Part shown: positions 1 through 11,062 of the stretch, piece by piece | Numbering within the stretch: the first letter of the stretch is position 1 | How the letters are laid out: each line of letters opens with the position of its first letter | DNA from: Oculina patagonica | Taxonomy: Eukaryota | Reading direction: 5' to 3' | DNA length: 64,000 nt | NCBI RefSeq assembly: GCF_052425735.1 | Contig: NC_135761.1 | Coordinates: 16,554,001 to 16,618,000 of the forward strand | Position numbers and translations under genes: made by a program | Notes under the pieces: generated by a model | The model's database searches: none | Told to the model about the DNA's origin: nothing | The model's input: only the letters and a program-made list of their open reading frames with translations

Positions 1-312
1 GTCTAGTATAGAAACGGGACGCCGTAAACTAGTATAAAAACGGTAAATAAGACAGACGCCTTTAACCTCTGATGGCTTTAACGCCTTCGTGTCCACTGTT
101 CTCCGACTGCAGAACCCAGTCTTTTTTTAAATTTTTTTTTCTGAAAACCGTCTACTAAATGCGTCCCGTTTTTATACTAGACGCCTTTAACGTCTAAGAC
201 GTTTAAAGACGACTATAGACAACTTTATCGTCTCTAGCATAAATACGGCCAATAGAAAGCAATGGGAGAACCAATGAGATTTACGGATTTCCAGTAGAAC
301 ACAGCTAAGTTA

Positions 313-618
313 AAGTAAATGAAGAAGCGTTCTCAAGTTGAATTCTCGGAAAAAAGATTTTCCGAGTACCCCCCCAACGGGAGTCGAACCCATGACCTTC
401 CAAGATTACCGGTTGGACGCTCTAACCACTGAGCTATGGGAGACTCGTGGTGAGCGAGGTCATATACTAGGTTCTTATGAGTGACACACGTCCTGCTAAC
501 TGCAAGGCTCAATATGTCGAATTGAATGTGGATAAATGTAAAGTGAAATTGCAACTTGGATAAAGTGAAAGTAAATGAAGAAGCGTTCTTCGCTTTATCC
601 AAGTTGCCATTTCACTTT
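313..618 (-). mobile_element. tRNA-containing SINE-like repeat with terminal direct and inverted repeats
   Basis: Minus-strand A box TAGCTCAGTGG and B box GGTTCGACTCC; 12-bp TSD ACAGCTAAGTTA (301-312, 619-630); 21-bp direct repeat at 313-333 and 569-589; 28-bp inverted repeat at ~538-565 and 593-620. Confidence 0.75.
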
Positions 619-1970
619 ACAGCTAAGTTACTATAAGCAAATGATAGTTGTTATGTTAACGTTACGTTTCTCCAACTGTCCGATTTTCTTTAATGAACAA
701 TATATTCGAGATTTTCTGGTAGATCGAAATAATTACATTCACAAACGGGAAGTCTCGACAAGACCAGCTAAAAAAGCCTCTGTCGGTCTGAAAATCAAGA
801 CGTTTTCATCATTAATCATTTATGCCATAAAAAAAAAACATTGAAAATGTTAAAATGTAAAAATATATTTCCGTTTAGCTTAAAAAAAAAGCTTAAAAAA
901 CTGTGGTAAAATCTTTTTATCGTCTCGTCGAGTTCCTTGTTCGTAATGAAAAAGTAAACTAGCCTGCACGAAGTAATAAAAAAAATCAATCCATCAGTTC
1001 CATTGCGTGAGAAAAATTGTAAATAAAAAGAGATATTTTGGGCGCGCTGCCGTTTTATCACGAAATGTGGTAATACGTTTTCTTTGAGTTTCGCAAATAA
1101 AGTGGGGCGTGTAATTAGAGATCAATTAAAGTTCAGTGAAAACATGTCACGACTAATTTGCGTCTAAAATGGTGGGGTGCCGGAAATTTATTTATTGAGT
1201 CTTTAAAAATAAATTGAGGCTGTCACAAAGGGAAAATATGGTCCATTTTATTTTCCTCCTACTTCTTTATTAATAAAGTTGGCGATATATATCATTTCCG
1301 TTAAATTCTGTCCTCTTGTCAGCCCAAAGGAAGCAAATATGCAAATAGCAGGTCTCGGCTGAATTTGACACACTACGAAAAACGATTGAATTCATCTTTT
1401 TAACCTTTAAGCAATAAAGAGATTTTTTAGATAAACCAGTAATTGTTTGTAGAATTATTCTGGTAGAAACCCGGTTCAGTGTATTTGTTTTTTATTTGTT
1501 TTATTTTTTTTTTGTATGTAAAATATTGTGATATTGTTAATGTTTTTTTTTTTATTTTTATCGAAACAGAAAATGTATTTTTTAGGAATACTGATAAAAG
1601 CATCGCTCGATCAAGCAGACTAGTCGCGCAGGCGTTAAATTTTAACGTGGTAAGTTTCGCGTCTTATTAAGCACATGGGCATTTTGTCTGCGCATGCGCA
1701 AGATAAATCAGAATTCCAGATCGGCGCCATTTTCAACGTGTGAGCGCGCTTCGGTGGATTTTCAGCTGAGTGATCTACGCACTTGGAAAGCTTTCATGAA
1801 CAGATATGAAAGAGAATAACTTTTTTACATAGTCGTCTAACACTATGGATACTCGTGGTGTTTACCGTGACTTCGGATGAGGATATTTTGACGATCAAAC
1901 TGCGAACAAAACAAGAAAAATCCCCAAAACTGTGAAGTTTGACTTTTGATTTACGAAAGTTCAAGATGTC

Positions 1971-3897
1971 CACAGGTAATTTGCCTGACGAATCACACAT
2001 TTGATTCTTGCGTTTGGTTCGGCACAGTTGTAGAATCATACGAATTATTCTTATGATTCTCCACAATTGTAGAATATGTCATTGTATTTGGAAATAATTT
2101 TGTTGTGTGTAGAATCAAACACTAACGATCTAGTGTATTTCACAGGTCTGTGGAATCAAGCGGGAATCACACGTATTATAACTTATCATTCTCCGCAAAA
2201 GAAGAATACATCGCCGTTGTATTCAGAAAATAATAATTGTGTATCCTGTAAAATAGTTAAAATAAATCCAGTTGTATCCCGAACAATTCGAACCTTCCGC
2301 TATCTCGAATCTTTTCAATTCCCCTCCAGCTCATTTTCCTACTACGTTTAACCATCGATAACTTTATCTTCCGTATACCGGTAATTCCAACCTTCTCGAT
2401 TTCCTCTGAAGGCTTGAATTGTCTGTAGAATCGAGCGGGATGACAAAATCGACCAGCTGCAGTTCTACAGAGAATATATTTCGCCATCAAAACTCAAAAG
2501 ATGTTACCCAAGAACGCATGGCTACAGAAGTGAGGCACTTACCACTTGACTGTTCGGCTACACAGTTGTTTGAGTCTTATAAACTACAGTAGCTACTAAA
2601 CATGCAAACAGTAATTTAAATAAAACGTGGAATACTTCGCGGAATACTGCGTGGAATACTGCCTGATTCTTCAGGTGGTTTGTCAAATGAATATTTATTC
2701 CAATGCTCGATTCGACAGATGAATGTTTGATTCTATTAAAGGAAGACAATCCGCCCAATGCTGCTTGTCGGCTGCGTTTGCGCGATGAAAGTCAGCAGTG
2801 GAAAGCTCCTCTTATTACTAGTCGCACTTTACCCCCATATATCAATAAAATAATCAGAACTCCTTCGCCGGTCCTTAGTCTGTTACCTTCACTGTCTACC
2901 TGCACTTCGTGTCCACAATACTCACACCAGGAAATTGAGCCAGCACTGCAGTAATCTGTAAAATGCGGTAATTTTCATTCGTGCCTCCGAGACCGGGAAA
3001 TATTAAAATGCGATGGCTTCAACTAAATCAGTGACTTATTACACAGGTATGTAGAATCAAACAACAGGCTAAAATATCTATATATTATACAATTATTCTT
3101 CGAGGCAATCCTATGCGGAATCACACGATTTATTTTCTAAGTTTACAACCATGTGTAGAATCGTTTGGATTTGATTCAGCCAAATTGTGTACGCAATATT
3201 ATTCACGCAACTGATAGAAGGGTACCTTTACGCACCTATTAATGCTCAGAGAAAATATCTGATTTGTTTATATGCACGCATGCTCAGTGATGTCATGGAC
3301 AGCATAGATGGTACCACAAGTGTTGCAGGTTTGTAGTCCTTATAACTCACAGGAACTTCACTGTTAAACATCGAAGATTAATGGATGTTCCAGACGAGTA
3401 CACTACTCAGGAGACCCATGCCCACTGCTGCAGCTTATGCGGAAACAGTGGCTCGCTCAAAGCAGGGGTAACTTTTTACATAACATACTTACCTACTTTG
3501 TGACTGATAACTCAGCAAAGAAAGCCACTAAATGATTTTTTTTAATAAACATTTAAGCTTATGCAATAGTCTCCAAATTTTCGGGTTTTGATTCAATAAT
3601 AATGACTATTTGATTCTTCGAATTCACCGTATGATTCTACACGAGATTTCATGTTTTTCGCACATGATTCTTCACATTGTTTCTCGAAAACGTTTGATTC
3701 CTCGCATGAACAAAATAATAGTTCACGTGTGATTCCACAAATGAACATTTGATTCTTCGAATATGCCGCATTCAAGCGCTTGATTTTTCAGCTGATTTCT
3801 GTGAAATCATACGCGTTTGATTCAACAGTGGATATTGAAACAACTGTAGAATCAATTGTGGAATACATCGATTGATTCATCAGGCAAATTACCTGTG
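1971..3897. mobile_element. Non-autonomous CACTA/EnSpm-like element nested in the large transposon
   Basis: 24-bp TIR CACAGGTAATTTGCCTGA(C/T)GAATC at 1971-1994 and 3874-3897; 3-bp TSD GTC (1968-1970, 3898-3900); many subterminal TGTAGAATCA/TGATTC repeats; no long ORF. Confidence 0.8.
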
Positions 3898-5583
3898 GTC
3901 CATAGGAGACGAACAACACCGAAGGATAATCTCAAGATGTTGAGGTTCTATGGGCTTAAATCATTGGTTGTATTGTTAAGACGATCGTCAGATACACGGC
4001 CCTATTCAAGGTAGGAAATTTGGAATTTGATCTGATTTTGTCTCCACTTCAAAGCGAATTTGCATTTTCTTTCCAACCGCCCCCAAGTTTCAAATCACTC
4101 CAGACAACATTGTCTTTTTTTTCTCTTTACAGCCGTGTAGGACTCCAGGCTTAAAAAAATGTTCCAGTGTGCAAGATTTTAATCTTCTTATGAGAGCTTT
4201 TGGTGAAGTTTAATTCGGCAAATTTTAGTAGTCTTTCCAGCCGTGGATCACAGAGGTCTTTGGTCTTGCAGCTCTACAAATCTCCTGTACAAGGTATGTA
4301 GTGATTCACCTTTGCCGTGGTTGCAGTCTCGTTATGTCACACTTTGACTTCAATTTATTTTTTCCTTCGTTTTAGCGGGAATTTTGTCGTTGCATTTTTT
4401 TGCCTTCAAGTGCTTTCTTGAGTAAAAACTGGTGAAAATCTCTTTTATTTGACTCGCCCCCAAGTTCCGCAATACTATCAAGACTTTCTTTGCTTGTTCC
4501 TCTTTCATTATGTCTAGTTTATTTATCCAAGAAAAATGTCTGCACCTTATTTTGTGAAGCAAAACTTCTGGCCTTCGCAGTCGAAGATGGCCACTCTGTG
4601 TACGAAATATGTAGATTTCGAACCGAATGGCGTAAGCTTTATTTCACTGGAATGCCTCTGACTTGCAAACGACTGGAGCTCTCTCGATTTTTATTTTTTA
4701 ACGACTACGGTTGTCATGCTAGGAAAATGTTTGGAGAATGCAGTCTGGTTTATAGCAGAAGAAAATGTTTTGGAACACGCTGTAATGCCCAAGTTTCCTC
4801 TCATTTTAAGGTATGAAGTTTTGGAAAAAAGGTGCTTATGTTTATAATTGGCATGTATGGCAAGATGTGTGTGCCTTCAGCACCTGTTTGTTTGGGTTTC
4901 AGTACTCGCAGGAGAGACGCCTTTTATAAGCAAAACTCCACACAGAGGTCAGAGTGAATTTCTGTTATTCACAATGCTTTTAAAGATATCCAAAAATACA
5001 ATAAGTTCTCAGCAAATACTACAAATAATTATTTAATTATATAAAAGTTTTTTTGCAAATGTTTTGTAGGCATTGGCTTCAAATGGAACCACTTATAAAC
5101 TTTGCCACAAACAAAATAAAAATAGATTGATAAAGGGCCTTTTACATATGTTAATTCATAGGCCATGTTAAATGACTCTTTTTAAGATACAATATAATAA
5201 ATTTTAGTATAAAAACATTAATCTACAGTGCATGAAATGTGCCAGGAAGGAAAGTTATTTCAACAGGCACAAACCAGCCATGGTATCAGTTTGTGTTCTC
5301 TTATTATTCTTGGAGCAAAACATTGCTAAGATAGGAAATATATCTACTAAGTATTTTGCAAAATAAAGTCACAAGAGAGGCTTTGTAATTTGATCTTAAC
5401 AAGGTTGCTGAAAGACTATTTAGCCTTACAATGTATTTTAAACTAAGAAAGAAGCCATACATGTGTCTTTTGGACTGAGAAATATTTTGAGTTTTAAAAG
5501 TTCAGAGCAGGAAAGTCACGCTTGTTATTTCCTTATAATAATGATAATCATGTGAATATGAATAATTTTCTTACAAAACTTAA

Positions 5584-5940
5584 AGGAGCCATATCACGGG
5601 GATTTCGCAGATTGTTGGTCAAAACTGTTCTCACGTTAGGTTAGGCAACTTTAACCATGAAAAACATTATCTTTGAACATCTAAAGAAAGATATAACCTT
5701 AATCTGCATATAAAAAATCAAGCTATGGTTATAAATAACGATTTTTTTTAAGTTGCACGGAAACAATTTGAAAAATTAAGCCTTAATTTTTAAAGCTGCA
5801 ATCTATTTCCATCTGAGCCATCCACAGCCAAAGACGCTCGTTAATAGTATCAGTGATCTAATAGACTATTATTTTTAGGTTTCCTGTGTTACAAATATAA
5901 ATTTTCGCTGTTCAAAAATCTGTTAAAATCCGAAGTTCCT
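5584..5940. mobile_element. TTAA-flanked MITE (Kolobok/piggyBac-like target), nested
   Basis: TTAA|AGGAGCCATATCACGG ... CCGAAGTTCCT|TTAA; a related, 5'-decayed copy lies at ~22960-23248. Confidence 0.6.
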
Positions 5941-5963
5941 TTAAGTGATACAATGTACATGTA

Positions 5964-6194
5964 CCATCTTTATTATTTACTACACATTTGATGATTTCGA
6001 CATTGCTGATCCTAGCAGTATGCAGGACGTGTGTCACATATCAACCTAGTAAATGGCCCAGCTCACAACGAGTCTCTCGTAGCTCAGTTGGTTAGAGCGC
6101 CCAACCAGTATCTGGGAGGCCATGCGTTCGATTCCCGTCGGGGACTCAGATTTTTTTTTTGTCCCACGCTTGTGTCATGTTGAATAATTTCTTC
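5964..6194 (+). mobile_element. tRNA-containing SINE-like repeat
   Basis: A box TAGCTCAGTTGG and B box GTTCGATTCC in a cloverleaf at ~6071-6147 followed by a T-run; TSD ACAATG(T/C)ACATGTA at 5950-5963 and 6195-6208. Confidence 0.75.
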
Positions 6195-6291
6195 ACAATG
6201 CACATGTAGTTTTAAGACTGTTAATTTTGGTTAGCTCCAGGTTTGTGCATGATCTTTGTTCAAGTGGAGGTGAGGTTTGGGTACTTGTACT

Positions 6292-9200
6292 TTACTTAAG
6301 GCCTAAGATAGCTAGGTTTGCACCTTGTAACTGCGTTTGCCAGTCTCTGATAACCATTATTTGAAGGTACCTCACAAAGTTGCTGATATTTCCAGAGACA
6401 CTAGTTGCAACAACACCTCCATGCAAGCCATGCTTGTGACTTTCAAACAGACAAATTTCTTTTTGGTTGAAGCATAATACCATTGTCTTGTCTGGCGGAA
6501 CAATCAATACTGCAGCAAAGTTTGGATGTAGTTGATGGTATTCTACAAGATAGTCCTCAAGGTCTTCAACAGAAAAGAAACCCATGTCTGCAATGATTTC
6601 AAGCTTCTGGAAATTCTGGTCATTTTGTTGAAGGACCTGTCTGACATCTAGGTTTGGTTGATGGGCTGGCATGTTGAATGAGCTGTAAATCTGATTTCCT
6701 TTTATCATTGCGCTAGTGTAAATTGGTATGACAAGGCTTAGATCTTGCAATTGTTTAGGTATTAAAAGAGACCCCTCCAAAAATTTTTTGTCCAGTTAGT
6801 GCAGAAATTACTGTACATGCGTTGCTTCCGCCCATTCTTCCACCCATTGATGACTGGGATACGTACGAGGGCATCAACCACTCTGTCACATCTAAATATT
6901 GCTTCTGTGTCACAGATATGCGAAGAGTATCTGATCTTGGTGTTGAGGCTGGTTGGTCATTGGTACTGCTCTGGCTACCCTGGTTGGCCTTGTGCCACGA
7001 ACAAGGACATTTGGAGCAATTAACATCATTACTGGCTGTGCATAGGCTGTTATCACAGAAATTACATTTAACCTGTGAGTTATTATTAAACCTCTTATGT
7101 CCACGGACAGGATGGTGACATTTTCTACAATGTGGTGGTGCCTTACTTGGAGAAGGTGTTCTGGTGCTAGGAATTGATCCTTGGCCAAGATCAGAACTGC
7201 TAAATGGTTGGGAAGCTGGATTGAGATTAGCAAGGTCGTTGTTAAGCTGCTGTATTATGTTATCATACTCCTCCCTCTCCATTTCCCTTAAACAAGTAAT
7301 TTCATTAGAATGATCATCATCTGCTGCCACTGGTGTTGTTTGGTTAGTGTGATCATTGCCAGACTCTGGTACGCCATGGGTGGTGGATGCAGGATGTAAA
7401 ATGGCTTGTTTTGCAATTTCACCCAGTTCATTTACTTTCTGTTTCAGGAAATCCTTACATAATGGGCATGACGTTGATCCAGCAAGACATCTGTCATGAA
7501 AAGAATGACAGCAACCATGCAAGATTGTCCAATTTTCCTCCTGGGTGGACATGTTACATTCAGGTAAGTCACATTTTTTTGTTGGATCTGGCTTGATGTC
7601 AGCATGATATCCTAGTGGCAAAACATTAGTTTTCATACTGCTGTTGGGGGCCATTGTTGGTAGTGTCACATGGGTTGGAGCACTGGTGCTGCTTCTGCTT
7701 TGTGAAGAAAACCGACTTTGTCCAGGACCCTGAGAGATTTTTCTGAACATTGTGGACAGTAATTGAGCACACTTGACTTTAAGAAACTGCAGCTGATTGT
7801 GCGAAAAAGAAAACTGTTTTGGTGCAGTAAAAAATGATCTAAAGTGGGACTGTTTTTCTTTTGACTGGAAAATGGATTTTGCTTTCTTTCTAAGGTCATC
7901 AGGCGTGTCATAGTCTTTTGTTTGTGACCGAAGTATGCTATGCGTGTTTTCAACAGGATATTCATCAAAGATTGTTATGTAATTCTTGAGCAGGTTATAC
8001 AATTGTGGTGCATACTTTCCCCAGTGAGAGCACATGTTGATCCAAACGAGCGGAGCTTTGTTGTAGTGCCTCCGGCTTAAGCAGGTGAACATAATCCAAA
8101 TTCTAATCATGGCTCTGAAGTACTCAGAGAACTTGTTGAGTTTAAAGGAAATACTGTATATTGACAATACCAAAGGTATATAATTGTCTAGCAAATTAAA
8201 AAGTGTCCCATACTCCACATCTTTGAACCTAGAGAACTTTGTTATCACCGTTCCTCGTATGAGAGTCCAACCTCCATACACAATTTCCAAAATCAGACTT
8301 ACTCTCCAGGGTTTTGGTTTGTCTGCTAATTTGCTCCTAGGAAAAATTGTTTCATAAACTGTTTTGAAAAATGGGTGATAGCAATTAACAATGTGTTCCC
8401 TGCTGTTTAAGGATATGTGAAGTGGCCCAATAGTTGGCACGATAGACAAGATGGATGGCTGTGATGTTGTATTCGTGGGCAAGCTGTCTTCAGTTGGATT
8501 GTTAACCGTACCAGTGGTCAATGGAAATGAGTAGGAGCAGTGATCAGCCAAAGTATTGTCATGTTCCTGAGGAGCATCAGTCAACCCAGGATGACAGCCA
8601 ATGAACTTCTGAAATGTTTCATATGCATTTTGCCTGCAATAGAATTGGCAAGGCCAATCCCCTGGCTGAAAAACAATAAACTTCCTCATATAAGCAGCCA
8701 AGCCAGTGTTCATTACAACATCATATGCAATATCAAAGTCCTCCTTTGACTTCAGTCTGAGCTCTATGAAATCCAACAAATGTAAATCATCCATTTTCCG
8801 CATTGTTCTAACATTATCATTGTCACAAATACTGATGTACATTGATCCTGTGTCTCTCAAGTTCGGGATTAAAAAATGCTTCGGTAAGCCAGTCTGGCAT
8901 CACAGACGCATAACTAGAACTGATATCATGCATGCATGACGCAGATGTAATTAATTGTTCGCAGGATTCAATGTCAATGCCATTTTGGTCATGAACACAA
9001 TTAGCTTGATCGACGGTTACTGCTGGGATATCCTTAAAGGCTTTCACAACGATTGTGCACATTCTCTTTGCCTCAGAAGACTCGTCGTTTTGTGGCCTTT
9101 TCTTTGTGTGCACCGATGTGTAGTCATCAATGATAAGTACAAGGAGCCACTTGAATTCTATTGCTTGTTTTACAAAATCCTCAAATGATTGGGAGTGACA

Positions 9201-11062
9201 TTCAGACATTGTGTTTAAGATATTATTTACAGTTCTTCTTGCACAGCAGTGCCCCATAATGTGTTGTGTTTCAATACCTTCTTGATTTATTTGATTGCTT
9301 CTGAGGTACAGTGCATGGTCTATTTGCAGAAGATTACATGTTTGGCTCAGACAGTAGCATAAGTTGTAAATGAATGAAACCACCCTCTTTTTGTTCAGAC
9401 AAACACGATCTGCTGAGTGCCTAGAACTTGTTATTGACTCCAGAATAGTGTCAAACAACTTTGTTGCACCAGCAGAAATACAAAACTCCCTAAAACTGTC
9501 TGGATCATACACAGTTTCTTTCTTGTTTGTTACCATCTCAGAGTAAATTCTCCTTTTGACCATCTCAATTTCCTTTTTCATGTCACACCCTGTAGTGGAT
9601 TGGTATAACATTTACAAAAAACACAAAGATTGTAAAAATATTTAGCCATATTTTTCTTGCAAAATACAAGAATTTGATAAAGCATCCGACAGAATACCCT
9701 GTAGCTGCTTGCTTAATAATGACTGTTTATTTTTTGTAAGAAGGGCAAGGCTGTGTTACAGGTATTCATGTTGTACGTGTGGCTCACAGATTGTTATGTG
9801 TTAGTTAAACCGAAAATATTTTATCAAAAAATAAGCTGAATAAATAAACGAAATTGAAAAATGTACTCGAGTGCTTATCTACACCTGAAATAGTTAGGGG
9901 CAAAACCATTTGACTTTGGAGAGGGGGGGGGGGGGGGGTGGTTGTTTGACATCAAAAGACAAACTTTCCTCCAAGCAAAGAAATAATGTACATCTTTTTA
10001 ACGAAGACAAAATATATCAGCCTTGTGTCTTTTTCATCAGTGGAAAAACGGAGAAGAGAATCTTTCAAATCAGAAATCTTCCAACCCTCCCCCCTTGGTG
10101 GTGAGGCACATTATTATTGCAAGTTTAGAGTAGGGAAAGAAACATCCATTTATTCTGGTCCAAAGCCGGCTGAGATGTAATGAGCCTGGTATCTCATAAA
10201 ACACTAGATTTGTATAAAGTGTTGTCTACTGCGTTTACACAGGTGTGGAGGGCAGGGGAAAAAGTGAATTGGATTTAAATGGCTTGCGACCGGTTATTCT
10301 TCATTGAAGTTCCTTCTAAAGTGTAAACGTATTTTTATTCTGCCGAGTAAATTGTAGCTTTTAGGTGTGATACTGTTTTTTTTTCAGTTATGCAGAGAAT
10401 GCTGTCTATACAATACAATGTAACTTATTCTTCCATTAAAAAGTCGAATGGTAGGAACCAAAAGCAAATAAATTAAATTACTTTCTGCTAAAATCTTCAA
10501 TTTTTCCTCCATTTCTAAAAACGTTTCCTTTGGTATAACTACCATTTCTTCTGTTCTACCTGTACATGAACTATCACTGGCTGACTTTTCTGTTCCTAAA
10601 TCTTTCTGTTTCTTTATTCTTCCTCTCTGATTGCGATTCATGCCAACAAACTTTCAACAAAAAAGTAAACTTTTGTCAAATTTTAAAGTTATTTATTGAA
10701 GCCTTTTTACAAAACGTATTTAAGTTCACAGGGAATGAAGCACACTGAATGTTCAATAATGTCTCGATATTATTACTAACGTGATGGAATCGTTTTCCAG
10801 TGCGTCGATGTTCCTGCACAGCTCGTCTGCATCCTTCACATATTACACCCGCGTTCGTACCATCTGTCAAAACTACACCAAAACAAAACTCCAACTCTTT
10901 CACATAGGCTTCTACCTTCTGAAATGGCCTCGATTGGGATTTCTTCCTGCACACCACACAACCATTTTCGGACTTCCCTGCACTATTACACAATTCACAA
11001 ACCAATAAAAGAACAGCAACAATTTGAAGGCGCCATCGAAAAGTTTTCGCGAAGATCGCCAT
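6292..11062 (-). CDS. Putative transposase: C4 Zn finger + DDE-like core + RING-H2 + Cys/His cluster + papain-like peptidase; two +1 frameshifts
   Basis: Phase-compatible exons 11062-10781 (CAC|gttagt), 10650-10482 (aag|...GAAA|gtaatt) and 9589-6292 (tacag|GG). ORFs 8823-9611, 6755-8860 and 6292-6780 join if one base is removed at 8827-8829 and one at 6784-6789, giving ~1248 aa. Motifs: CVVC..CEGC; IIDDY, PGDWP, IGPLH, DEYPVENTH; CDLPEC..CCHSFHDRC..CPLC; GSNACTVI..LFESH. Confidence 0.75.

Noticed and set aside
365-445. Functional tRNA genes here, at ~6071-6147, ~18990-19070 and ~43000-43069
   Set aside because: They have irregular anticodon loops or stems and sit inside dispersed repeats; treated as tRNA-derived modules.
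1995-3873. Spaced GAATC/GATTC repeats as a CRISPR-like array
   Set aside because: They are short, irregularly spaced and in both orientations; explained as CACTA subterminal repeats in a eukaryote.
10000-10320. Extra transposase exon in intron 2
   Set aside because: All frames after the candidate acceptor hit stops, and exons 2 and 3 are already phase-compatible.
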